Below are positions 15,152 through 23,659 of a stretch of DNA of 23,659 nt, piece by piece. Source of the DNA: an uncultured Pseudomonadota bacterium (GTDB taxonomy: Bacteria > SAR324 > NAC60-12); the NCBI GenBank assembly GCA_913020725.1, contig CAJWCD010000045.1:1-23659 (forward strand), read 5' to 3'. The translations under genes were made by a program, and so were the position numbers. The notes under the pieces are model-generated. The model had not been told where the DNA came from. It saw only the letters and a program-made list of their open reading frames with translations, and ran no database searches. The first letter of the stretch is position 1. Each line of letters begins with the position of its first letter.

Positions 15152-17768
15152 CCTGCGGCTGCCAGAAGCGCAGCGTTCTCCGCAGACTCAAGCCCGACTT
15201 GCCGCGCAGCAACACCTCCAGACGATTGAGTCCGGGCTTCACCTCCAATTCCACGGCCGTTTCGGGTTCCGCGTTTTCGGACGTTTCGTAAAGTTGGTAC
15301 TGCACCTTGCGGCCATTGAGAAACACCACGGTATCTTCGATCTGTGCCCGGTGTTTCGGGACAAAGCGGAGCCATTGCCGTCCGGAACCCTGAGCCTCCA
15401 AACCGTGATCCACGGCCAACACCTCAAAGGCGGGAACCTCTGCCTTTCCGAGTCCCGCCAACTCGGATAACGAAAACTGCCACGTCACTTGGGTGTCTGG
15501 AAACGCAGGACTGCGCAGGAACAACCGCAGCGGTTTATCCGACCATTCAGTGTCCGGAACCGCAAGGCGCAGCGTCTCCGTCACAGCTTGCCCGGAATCG
15601 AGTGCCTCCCACTTCACATGCCCTCGATGGATGCGTACGGTTCCGGTGCGGTCGTGCAGTTCTGCGGTGAACGACCCAAGAGTTTGTTCCGCTGTGTTTT
15701 CCACACGCAATTCTAGCGCAAGAATTTCTCCCGGATCAGGCTGGCCGTTGCCGTTACCAACACTTCCGAAGTTGCCATCATCATAAAAATCCATGCTCAG
15801 TCCGAGTGCGAGTTTTCGGGTGGGCACGGGAAACACAAGCGTGTGGGCCTCACCGATTTTTTTGCCCGAGTGATCCAACAGCTTCAAGCGGATGGGGGCA
15901 GTGTAGGCCGGCTCATGCCTCGGAAGCGTCAGCGTCAGCGTGAGGTCGCGGGTGCCGCCTCCCGGAATTCGGCCCACGCCCCACTGCCGCTGGTCGATGG
16001 TTTCCAGCGGGCTGTGCAACACGCCCACGACGCGATGCACCGGATGGGGGCTGTCGTTGCGCACGGTAAGGAGCAACTCCAATGCTGTAGGTGAACGGTG
16101 TTGCACTTGCAGGCGAGCTGAGACTTCCGGGGCCATTTCTGCTTCCGCAGGCAGGGACCAGTTGATGTTCTGGAGCGCCATTGCTTCGGCAAACTCGGTT
16201 TCCTGCTCGCGCTGCACCTGCTTCACAAAAGCGTCCAGTGCTTGCGTGGGCGAGATTCCGGATTGCCGGGCCTGCTGGAGCAGCCTCCGCGCCAGCGTAA
16301 TCGTGTTGTCCTGCAGTTGTACGTCGTTGCTCGTGGGTTGCTGTGGTTGGGGGAGCATCCGCAGTCGCTGGGCAAACACGGTTGGTTTTCCAGAGGACAA
16401 AGGCGGCTCGAGTTCATCCGGACTCCACCACACGAATTGCTCGGTGTCGGGATGGACGGGGACTAGTTCCAGATCCGGAATCACGCCGATGCCGTGCAGG
16501 GACGAACCATCCGGAGTGAGGTATTGTCCGATGGTGAGCTTGAGTCCGGAGCCGTCCTGATGGATCCATGTCGCCTGAATCGTGCCCTTGCCGTAAGTGC
16601 GCTGCCCCAGCAGCACCCCGCGTTTATGCTGCTGGAGCGCCGCTGCCAAGACTTCGGAGGCCGAGGCGCTGGCATCGTTCACCAACACCACCAGCGGAAC
16701 GGTTCGCCACGCTTCCGGATCAAGACGATGGCGGGATTTGACGCCACGGGGAGCCAGTGCTCCCTGCGTGGAAACGATCTCCAACCCACCGGGGAGCAGC
16801 AGGTCGGCAACTTCAGTGGCGGCTTCCAAGATGCCCCCCGGATTGCCCCGCAGGTCAAGGATCAGCCCGTTCTGCTGAGTGAGTCCCTCAAGGTGGGCTT
16901 GCACCTCATCAGCAGTGCCCTGCTGGAAACGCTCCAGTCGGAGCAGCCGGATTTGTCCGCCCGCTTCCTGAAGTTCCACCACCTCGACGCTAGGGGATTC
17001 CACCACCGCACGGACAAGTACAAAACGGATTGGCTCGTCCCCCCCCGGACGCACCATTTCCAGCACAATCGATGTGCCCACCTTGCCACGCAGACGTCGC
17101 AGGATTTCCTCCTGCGTCATGTGCGCAACGGCTGTAGTGCCGATCTTGACGAAGCGGTCTCCGGGCTTGATTCCTGAAATTTTCGCAGGGCCACCGTCCA
17201 TTAGTGCGATCACCTCAAGCTGATTTTCCCGCAGGCCCACGACCACTCCCAGCCCGGCGTACTCCCCGGTGACATTGCTGCGGAATTCGCGAAAAGCCGC
17301 TTGCGGCATCCACACGGAATGCGGGTCGAGTGCCTTGCTCAAACCACGGGCCAGCGCCAATTCCACACGCTGGGGCGAGTGCAGCGGAGACGAAGTCCGC
17401 AAACTCTGCGCCAGCCGCTGCAAGGTGTGGTGCACCTGTTCCAGTCCAGCCGGATTGGCGATGGGCAGCAGGGTTTCAACTCCCGCGCTACGCAACCGGA
17501 TTTGTGTTTTTTCCGGAGAGTCCTCCAACTCCAACTCCAACTCTACAAATTCGCGCTCCAGTTCACGCAAGATTGAGGTGATCAGTGTTTCCGGAGCAAG
17601 CTTGTGACGGTCGGAGTAGTCGAGCTGGAGGTGCAGGAAGACCTCAGAAAGCGTTTGCGAGGCTCCGGGAACTGCAGGGGCTGGACGGGGTAGCTGTGGG
17701 GAAACCACGCATCCGGCAAGGGTCACGATCAGCCCCAGCATCCACCCAAACCGTAGGGCATTCTTCAT
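15135..17768 (-). CDS. S41 family C-terminal processing protease, lipoprotein, with PDZ domain and long C-terminal beta-rich extension
   Basis: Lipobox LAGC (Cys20 from ATG 17768); ALDPHS; PDZ EYAGLGV...GPAKISGIKPGD; ILDLRGNPGG; catalytic SASASE and TYGKG; YLTPDG; about 400 further C-terminal residues. Confidence 0.9.
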   Translation of the reverse strand: MKNALRFGWMLGLIVTLAGCVVSPQLPRPAPAVPGASQTLSEVFLHLQLDYSDRHKLAPETLITSILRELEREFVELELELEDSPEKTQIRLRSAGVETLLPIANPAGLEQVHHTLQRLAQSLRTSSPLHSPQRVELALARGLSKALDPHSVWMPQAAFREFRSNVTGEYAGLGVVVGLRENQLEVIALMDGGPAKISGIKPGDRFVKIGTTAVAHMTQEEILRRLRGKVGTSIVLEMVRPGGDEPIRFVLVRAVVESPSVEVVELQEAGGQIRLLRLERFQQGTADEVQAHLEGLTQQNGLILDLRGNPGGILEAATEVADLLLPGGLEIVSTQGALAPRGVKSRHRLDPEAWRTVPLVVLVNDASASASEVLAAALQQHKRGVLLGQRTYGKGTIQATWIHQDGSGLKLTIGQYLTPDGSSLHGIGVIPDLELVPVHPDTEQFVWWSPDELEPPLSSGKPTVFAQRLRMLPQPQQPTSNDVQLQDNTITLARRLLQQARQSGISPTQALDAFVKQVQREQETEFAEAMALQNINWSLPAEAEMAPEVSARLQVQHRSPTALELLLTVRNDSPHPVHRVVGVLHSPLETIDQRQWGVGRIPGGGTRDLTLTLTLPRHEPAYTAPIRLKLLDHSGKKIGEAHTLVFPVPTRKLALGLSMDFYDDGNFGSVGNGNGQPDPGEILALELRVENTAEQTLGSFTAELHDRTGTVRIHRGHVKWEALDSGQAVTETLRLAVPDTEWSDKPLRLFLRSPAFPDTQVTWQFSLSELAGLGKAEVPAFEVLAVDHGLEAQGSGRQWLRFVPKHRAQIEDTVVFLNGRKVQYQLYETSENAEPETAVELEVKPGLNRLEVLLRGKSGLSLRRTLRFWQPQVSGSS

Positions 17769-17827
17769 ACCCACTCCCGGATTGGTTTGCTTCCACAGAC
17801 CTGTTTTGACATAGTGTTGAGCACTTT

Positions 17828-17867
17828 CTTGTGTTTCCAGCCGACCTTGTGTTTCCACTTGTCTTCA
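17828..17867. repeat. 12-bp direct repeat x2 (CTTGTGTTTCCA), period 18, plus a degenerate third copy
   Basis: Exact copies at 17828-17839 and 17846-17857; CTTGTCTTCA at 17858-17867; TTGACA at 17806-17811. Confidence 0.8.
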
Positions 17868-18601
17868 TGACCACCCCCATCGGGGTTGAACGTCCCGACA
17901 CCATCCGACTTATTTCGGAGCGCTGGGTCGAGGGACTGGAAGACAAGCACTTGGACTTGTGTTACGCAAGCTACCAGAAAACCCTCCTGAGCTACAGGCG
18001 AAAGCGGTTCTGGCCGCTGTTGATGATGGTGGCGAGCGTCTGGCTGGTTCTGCCTGCGGTGTTCTGGCGACGCTGGCGTCGGAGGCTTCCAGAGTGGCAA
18101 ACCCTCAACGAAATGCGCATGGAAATCCGGGAAATCCGCAAGCAGCGCCGCCGTCGCACGTTCTGGAACCGCATCCGCCGACAACGCAATCGCATCGAAT
18201 CCGAGCATCCGGAGGACTTGCGACGCTTCTATCGCACCCTCGCCAGTGCCGCACGGAACTTCAACACCCGTGTCCGTTTGCTCGATTTCACCCTCGATCG
18301 CCAAGCCAAGCAACTCGACCCTCCCTTCACAGTCCAAGAATTTGAACAGATCGAAGTCACCTTCCGGAGAGTCCGCGACGAGTTGAGCAGCGCCTTTCAA
18401 CTCTTAGCACTCGCCGAGCAGGATGCCGAAATCGACCTCGTGCGGCTCATGCGTGACGAATATGGCGGGTTGCCGCTCAACATCGACTATCTGGATCAGT
18501 CTGCCAACCTCGGACAGGCGGGACAACTCGTTCACGACCTGCTGTGCTTCGAGACCACCCTGCGCGACGACCTCGCCCAACTGGCCCCCGTCAGCCCCTG
18601 A
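17867..18601 (+). CDS. Hypothetical membrane protein, 244 aa, one TM flanked by Arg-rich segments, helical C-terminus
   Basis: RRKRF-WPLLMMVASVWLVLPAVFW-RRWRRR followed by amphipathic helices; ATG at 17867. Confidence 0.7.
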   Translation: MTTPIGVERPDTIRLISERWVEGLEDKHLDLCYASYQKTLLSYRRKRFWPLLMMVASVWLVLPAVFWRRWRRRLPEWQTLNEMRMEIREIRKQRRRRTFWNRIRRQRNRIESEHPEDLRRFYRTLASAARNFNTRVRLLDFTLDRQAKQLDPPFTVQEFEQIEVTFRRVRDELSSAFQLLALAEQDAEIDLVRLMRDEYGGLPLNIDYLDQSANLGQAGQLVHDLLCFETTLRDDLAQLAPVSP

Positions 18602-18623
18602 GCCACTCCTCCTAACTTCTGTC

Positions 18624-18652
18624 TTGACAGCCCCATCCCAACAGGGCACAAT
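18624..18652 (+). promoter_or_regulatory. Sigma70-type promoter of the hrcA operon
   Basis: TTGACA(18624-18629)-N17-CACAAT(18647-18652), immediately followed by CIRCE. Confidence 0.75.
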
Positions 18653-18654
18653 TA

Positions 18655-18681
18655 CTAGCACTTGATCTCGTTGAGTGCTAA
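18655..18681 (+). promoter_or_regulatory. CIRCE operator (HrcA binding site)
   Basis: CTAGCACTT-N9-GAGTGCTAA, a 16/18 match to TTAGCACTC-N9-GAGTGCTAA, upstream of hrcA. Confidence 0.93.
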
Positions 18682-18703
18682 TCGCCCAACTGCACGACAA
18701 TCC

Positions 18704-19771
18704 ATGCTGCGTTCGCAAGTTCCGGAGTCCGAAAATCAGATTGACGAGCGTACCCAGCTTGTGCTCCAAGGGATCATCGACAGTTATATCGAGACCACCG
18801 AGCCCGTCGGGTCACGCACGCTCTCCAAGCAGCTTGCGACTCCGATATCGCCCGCAACCATCCGCAACATCATGTCGGATCTCGCGGAGCTGGGTTTTCT
18901 GACTCAGACGCACACCTCGGCAGGTCGCATCCCGACGGGCAAGGCGTTCCGCTACTATGTGGACTCGCTAGCAGTGGCAGACTCCCTCACGGAAGAGCTA
19001 CAGTCCAGCATCCAGAAACTGAGTGCGAAGGGGGTGAGTCAGGTTGAGGAATTGCTCTCCAACACCACTAAGATTCTTGCGAACCTCACTCAGTTCGCCT
19101 GTTTGGTGACGGCCCCGAAAACCGCCGTCAGTCGCTTGCAGCGTATCGAGTTTATCAAGGTCAGCACCAGCAAGATTCTGGTGATCCTCGTCAGCAAGTC
19201 CGGAGTCGTCCGCAACAAGATTATCGAGATGGCCGAGGAGATTTCGCAGGACTTCCTGAACTCGATCTCTGCGTTCCTCAACGAGCAGTTCCAGAACCGC
19301 TCCTTTCAGGAAATCCGCGATCAGATCCTAGAGAGCATGGTGGAGGACAAGGAACGCTACGATCGGCTGCTTGCGCAGGCCGTGCGGCTGGGGAAGAAAG
19401 CCTTTGAGGTGAGTGACCCTCCGGAACTTTACATGGACGGGCACCTCAACTTGCTGATGAGCAACGCCTTTGGTGACCACAACGACCTACGGGGGCTGAT
19501 GAGCACCTTCGAGAGAAAAGGCCAAATCATGGAGGTGCTGGACAGCACCATGCAGGCCGACGGTGTGCGGATTTACATTGGCGTTGAGAACACTCATGAG
19601 GGGTTGAGGGACTGCACCTTGGTCACCGCCAACTACCGTAACGAAAACAACATCCTTGGCACTCTGGGCGTGATTGGCCCGATCCACATGGACTACCAAC
19701 GAATCATCCCGGTGGTGGATTACACTTCGAAAATCCTTTCACAAGCGATCACCCGACATTCGTATGACTGA
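18704..19771 (+). CDS. hrcA: Heat-inducible transcription repressor HrcA
   Basis: YIETTEPVGSRTL, SPATIRNIMSDL, HTSAGRIPT..AFRYYVD and GTLGVIGP.MDY; ATG downstream of CIRCE. Confidence 0.96.
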   Translation: MLRSQVPESENQIDERTQLVLQGIIDSYIETTEPVGSRTLSKQLATPISPATIRNIMSDLAELGFLTQTHTSAGRIPTGKAFRYYVDSLAVADSLTEELQSSIQKLSAKGVSQVEELLSNTTKILANLTQFACLVTAPKTAVSRLQRIEFIKVSTSKILVILVSKSGVVRNKIIEMAEEISQDFLNSISAFLNEQFQNRSFQEIRDQILESMVEDKERYDRLLAQAVRLGKKAFEVSDPPELYMDGHLNLLMSNAFGDHNDLRGLMSTFERKGQIMEVLDSTMQADGVRIYIGVENTHEGLRDCTLVTANYRNENNILGTLGVIGPIHMDYQRIIPVVDYTSKILSQAITRHSYD

Positions 19772-20405
19772 GCAGAAAGAGCCTTTGCAAGCCAAGGAAG
19801 CCGTTAAGGATACTCCGGAGCTAAACGAAGCAGTAACCCCGGAAAACGAAGCAGGTTTTGAAGGTGCAACCGGAGTTGACGAGGCCGCTGAAGCCTCTGC
19901 CGCAGAGGTTGGTGTTGCTGAAGAGGACGACGAATCGGAAGCGGATGAGTCCCCGGAAGCCGCCCTTGCAGCCGAGCGGGATCAACTTCAGGATCGTTTG
20001 CTGCGGCTCAACGCAGAGTTCGACAACTACAAGAAACGCATGATCCGGGAGAACTCCGAGCGTCTGCGCTACAGCAGTTTTGAGCTGCTTGCGGGACTCC
20101 TACCCACGTTGGACAATCTAGAACGAGCGATTGCTCACGCCAAGAAGGAGGAATCCACTCGCGAGAACATGATCGAGGGGCTGGAACTGGTTTGCAAAAT
20201 GACCATGGACACTCTCGTCAAACATGGGGTCAGCAAAATTTCAGCACAGGGGGAAGTCTTCGATCCGACACGGCATCAGGCGGTGGGTATGGTTGAGACC
20301 ACAGACGTTCCCAACAACCATGTTGCTGAGGAGTGCCAGGTCGGCTACACCCTGCATGAACGTATTCTGCGGCCTGCGATGGTACGAGTCGCTGGCAATA
20401 AATAG
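19764..20405 (+). CDS. grpE: Nucleotide exchange factor GrpE
   Basis: Acidic N-terminal tail, [32 protein letters not shown] and [16 protein letters not shown]; 8-nt overlap with hrcA. Confidence 0.96.
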   Translation: MTEQKEPLQAKEAVKDTPELNEAVTPENEAGFEGATGVDEAAEASAAEVGVAEEDDESEADESPEAALAAERDQLQDRLLRLNAEFDNYKKRMIRENSERLRYSSFELLAGLLPTLDNLERAIAHAKKEESTRENMIEGLELVCKMTMDTLVKHGVSKISAQGEVFDPTRHQAVGMVETTDVPNNHVAEECQVGYTLHERILRPAMVRVAGNK

Positions 20406-20437
20406 ACACAACACAACCACGGCAAGGAGTCATTATT

Positions 20438-22378
20438 ATGGCAAAAGTGATTGGCATTGACCTCGGAACCACCAACTCCTGCATTGCGGTGATGGAGGGG
20501 GGTGATCCGCAAGTGATTCAGAACTCGGAAGGTGCACGCACGACTCCGTCAATGGTCGCATTTAACGATGCCGGCGAACGGCTCGTTGGGCAGGTCGCCA
20601 AGCGACAGGCGGTGACCAACCCGGACTGCACTATTTTCTCGGCAAAGCGCCTCATGGGTCAGGCCCTGGATTCCGATGCGGTCAAACACACGCAGGGCAT
20701 GGTTCCCTATAAAATCGCCAAGGGCGCAAACGACCTCGCCTACATTGAGGTGGAGGGCAAGCAATACTCGCCGCAGGAAATCTCAGCCTTCGTACTGCAA
20801 AAGATGAAGCAGACTGCTGAGGAGTACTTGGGCGAAACAGTCACAGACGCTGTGGTCACGGTGCCCGCCTACTTCAACGATAGCCAGCGTCAGGCGACCA
20901 AGGATGCGGGTAAGATCGCCGGACTCAATGTCCTGCGCATCATCAACGAACCAACCGCAGCAGCAATGGCCTATGGGTTGGACAAGAAGAACGACGAAAA
21001 GATCGCGGTCTTCGACCTTGGGGGCGGCACCTTCGACATCTCAATCTTGGAACTCGGCGAGGGTGTGTTTGATGTCAAGGCGACAAACGGGGACACCTTC
21101 CTTGGCGGAGACGACTTTGACGCCCGGCTGATGGACTTCCTCGCCGATGAGTTCAAGAAGGAACAGGGCATTGACCTACGCGGAGACAAGATGGCTCTGC
21201 AACGTCTCAAAGAAGCCTCGGAGAAGGCCAAGCATGAACTGTCCTCCAGCCAAGAAACCGATGTCAACCTGCCGTTCATCACGGCAGACGCTTCCGGACC
21301 CAAGCACCTCAATCTCAAGATCACGCGGGCGAAGTTCGAGTCGCTGGTCAGCGATCTTGTGGAACGCTGTCTGGAGCCGTGCGGCAAGGCGCTTCAAGAC
21401 GCCGGGGTGACGGCCAGCGACATCAACGAGGTGATCCTTGTGGGCGGCATGACCCGCATGCCCAAGATTCAGCAGGTCGTCAAGGAGTTCTTCGGCAAGG
21501 AACCCAACCGGGGGGTGAACCCGGACGAGGTGGTCGCTGTGGGCGCAGCCATCCAGGGGGGAGTGCTGAAAGGCGATGTGAAGGATGTGCTGCTGCTTGA
21601 CGTCACTCCGCTTTCCTTGGGCATTGAAACCCTTGGAGGCGTGATGACCAAGCTCATCGAGCGCAACACGACCATCCCGACGCGCAAGAGTCAGATCTTC
21701 TCGACTGCGGCGGACAATCAACCGGCGGTGAGCATCCATGTCTTGCAGGGCGAACGCGAGATGTCCGGAGACAACAAAACCCTCGGCAAGTTCGAGTTGA
21801 TCGGCATTCCAGTCGCACCCCGTGGGGTGCCGCAGATCGAGGTCACGTTTGACATCGACGCCAACGGCATTGTCAATGTGAGCGCGAAGGACTTGGGCAC
21901 GGGCAAGGAGCAGGCGATCAAGATCACCTCGTCGAGCGGACTTTCCGATGACGAGATTGACAAGATGGTGCAAGATGCCGAACACTTTGCCGATGACGAC
22001 AAGCTCAAGCGCGAATCCGTGGAACTCCGGAATCAGGCGGAGACGATGATCTACAGCACCGAGAACTCGCTCAGTGAAATGGACGATAAACTTCCGGAGG
22101 AGGACAAGACCAAGATCGAGGCAACCAAGGAGCAGTTGCGCAAGAGCTTGGAAGGCGATGACACGGAAGCCATCAAGAGCGACCTCGAAGCCCTCACGCA
22201 AGCCTCTCACAAGCTCGCAGAAATGCTCTACCAGCAGCAAGCGCAACAGCAGGGAGAAGCTGGTCCGGATGGGACCCCCGGCGGTGATGCCGATAGAACT
22301 TCTGGAAAGGAAAAGACCCCGTCCAGTGATGAGGACATCGTGGACGCGGATTTTGAGGAAGTGAAGAAGGACAAGTGA
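20438..22378 (+). CDS. dnaK: Chaperone DnaK (Hsp70)
   Basis: [38 protein letters not shown] and C-terminal [17 protein letters not shown]. Confidence 0.99.
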   Translation: MAKVIGIDLGTTNSCIAVMEGGDPQVIQNSEGARTTPSMVAFNDAGERLVGQVAKRQAVTNPDCTIFSAKRLMGQALDSDAVKHTQGMVPYKIAKGANDLAYIEVEGKQYSPQEISAFVLQKMKQTAEEYLGETVTDAVVTVPAYFNDSQRQATKDAGKIAGLNVLRIINEPTAAAMAYGLDKKNDEKIAVFDLGGGTFDISILELGEGVFDVKATNGDTFLGGDDFDARLMDFLADEFKKEQGIDLRGDKMALQRLKEASEKAKHELSSSQETDVNLPFITADASGPKHLNLKITRAKFESLVSDLVERCLEPCGKALQDAGVTASDINEVILVGGMTRMPKIQQVVKEFFGKEPNRGVNPDEVVAVGAAIQGGVLKGDVKDVLLLDVTPLSLGIETLGGVMTKLIERNTTIPTRKSQIFSTAADNQPAVSIHVLQGEREMSGDNKTLGKFELIGIPVAPRGVPQIEVTFDIDANGIVNVSAKDLGTGKEQAIKITSSSGLSDDEIDKMVQDAEHFADDDKLKRESVELRNQAETMIYSTENSLSEMDDKLPEEDKTKIEATKEQLRKSLEGDDTEAIKSDLEALTQASHKLAEMLYQQQAQQQGEAGPDGTPGGDADRTSGKEKTPSSDEDIVDADFEEVKKDK

Positions 22379-22391
22379 GTTGAATGTGACA

Positions 22392-22419
22392 GGAAGGGCC
22401 GGAACGCTCCGCTCCTTCC
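22392..22419 (+). other. Intergenic stem-loop between dnaK and dnaJ
   Basis: GGAAGGG-C-CGGA/ACGC/TCCG-C-TCCTTCC, about 11 bp with no U-tract; probably an mRNA-stabilising or partially attenuating hairpin. Confidence 0.55.
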
Positions 22420-22434
22420 ATCTCGGAGAACGGA

Positions 22435-23535
22435 TTGGCGAAACGCGACTATTACGAAGTGCTGGGGGTCTCCAAGACCGCCAGCGCAGATGAACTGAAG
22501 AAGGCGTACCGTAAGGTCGCCATGCAGCATCACCCGGACCGCAATCCGGGAAATCAGGAGGCTGAGGACAAATTCAAGGAGGCTTCCGAAGCCTTCGGGG
22601 TGCTGAGCAACAAAGAGAAGCGTGCCCGTTATGACCAGTTTGGCCATGCTGCTGAAGGCATGGGCGATGGTTTTAGCGGTGGCGGTGCCGGCGTCAGCGA
22701 CATTTTCGGAGACATTTTCGGAGAATTCTTCGGAGAGTCCGGACGGGGCGGAGGACGGGGTGAGCGCGGGTCCGATCTTCAGTACAACCTCAACATCAGC
22801 TTTGAGGAAGCCGCATTCGGAAGTTCCAAGGAAATTGACGTCCCGCGCCTAGAAACCTGCGAAACCTGCGGCGGGCTGGGCGCACGTTCGGAGCGCGACG
22901 TCGAGGTCTGCCAAGGTTGCGGGGGTTCGGGACAGCAGCGCATCCAACAAGGCTTCTTCAGCGTGGCAACCACCTGCTCACGCTGCGGGGGACGTGGCAA
23001 AACCATCCGCCACCCCTGCAACAAATGCGGCGGACGCACCCGCATTTCCAAAACCAAACGCCTGCGTATCAACATCCCTGCCGGAGTGGACACCGGCTCG
23101 CGCATCAAGCTCACCGGCGAAGGCGAACACGGTTCGCAGGGTGGCTCTGCCGGAGACCTCTACGTTGCCCTGCGGGTGCAAGACCATCCCGTCTTTGAGC
23201 GCGAAGGTTCCGCCCTCTTCTGCGAGGTGCCCATCAGTTTTGCGCAAGCAACGCTGGGGAATGAACTGGAAGTCCCCACCCTCGACGGCAAGGCCCGCTT
23301 GAAAATTCCGGCAGGTTCCCAGACCCACAAAATTTTCCGCATGAAGAATCAGGGCATCGCCGAACTCCGGGGCGGGGGACGCGGCGACCTGCACATCCGC
23401 ATCGTTGTGGAAACCCCCACCAACCTCACTGCCCGCCAAAAAGAATTGCTGGAGGAATTCGACACCCTCAGCAGCGAAGACCACCACCCCCTACGCGACA
23501 AGTTCATCAAGGGCCTCCGCGATCTCTTTAGCTGA
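22435..23535 (+). CDS. dnaJ: Chaperone DnaJ
   Basis: J domain with HPD, G/F-rich region with DIF motifs, four CxxCxG repeats and C-terminal domain; TTG start with GGAG upstream. Confidence 0.98.
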   Translation: MAKRDYYEVLGVSKTASADELKKAYRKVAMQHHPDRNPGNQEAEDKFKEASEAFGVLSNKEKRARYDQFGHAAEGMGDGFSGGGAGVSDIFGDIFGEFFGESGRGGGRGERGSDLQYNLNISFEEAAFGSSKEIDVPRLETCETCGGLGARSERDVEVCQGCGGSGQQRIQQGFFSVATTCSRCGGRGKTIRHPCNKCGGRTRISKTKRLRINIPAGVDTGSRIKLTGEGEHGSQGGSAGDLYVALRVQDHPVFEREGSALFCEVPISFAQATLGNELEVPTLDGKARLKIPAGSQTHKIFRMKNQGIAELRGGGRGDLHIRIVVETPTNLTARQKELLEEFDTLSSEDHHPLRDKFIKGLRDLFS

Positions 23536-23659
23536 CTCCGCGCCTTGAAATCGGACGGCTTATAGTAGACCTTATCGCAAATAAGCGCGTGAGTCGGCGC
23601 GGAATTTTTCCGTTTCGGTTTCGGGGTTCATGCCGCCTTGAGCCATGCCTCGATGGGGA

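Noticed and set aside
9743..17857. Short direct repeats as CRISPR remnants or IS target-site duplications
   Set aside because: Only 2-3 copies of 7-13 bp with 0-6 bp gaps; no cas, transposase or integrase gene in the window.
18404..18430. Perfect CIRCE left arm TTAGCACTC inside the hypothetical gene
   Set aside because: The right arm at N9 (GATGCCGAA) matches only 5/9, the site is intragenic and simply encodes Leu-Ala-Leu.
21176..22246. 356-aa ORF antisense to dnaK
   Set aside because: Long antisense frames opposite dnaK/hsp70 are a well-known by-product of codon bias; there is no independent start signal or motif.
23544..23570. CTTGAAA as a sigma32 -35 box after dnaJ
   Set aside because: No CCCCAT-like -10 at 13-14 bp; TATAGT is only 10 bp away, too close for sigma70.

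Overview
Bacterial chromosomal window of moderately high GC (about 58% by eye). Gene content suggests a deltaproteobacteria-like lineage (inference from the flhA-flhF-flhG-fliA order, an HrcA/CIRCE dnaK operon and a large lipoprotein S41 protease). In order it holds: a small membrane ORF and hsp20 (-), pgi (+), a three-gene unknown cluster (-), rsmB, dksA, fliR-flhB-flhA-flhF-flhG-fliA, two small hypotheticals, dapB, yajQ, a PDZ/S41 lipoprotein protease (-), a membrane hypothetical, and hrcA-grpE-dnaK-dnaJ. I saw no mobile element, CRISPR array, tRNA or rRNA. The most unusual observations are: (1) a 62-aa stand-alone protein with the Cys8 spacing of eukaryotic FYVE-type double zinc fingers, heading an uncharacterised cluster; (2) about 50 copies of the palindrome TCCGGA in all three reading frames, a HIP1-like pattern; (3) a ~165-nt structured element between dapB and yajQ, followed by (CCAACCA)3 abutting the yajQ start; (4) a sigma54-type promoter that would place dksA at the head of the flagellar export operon.
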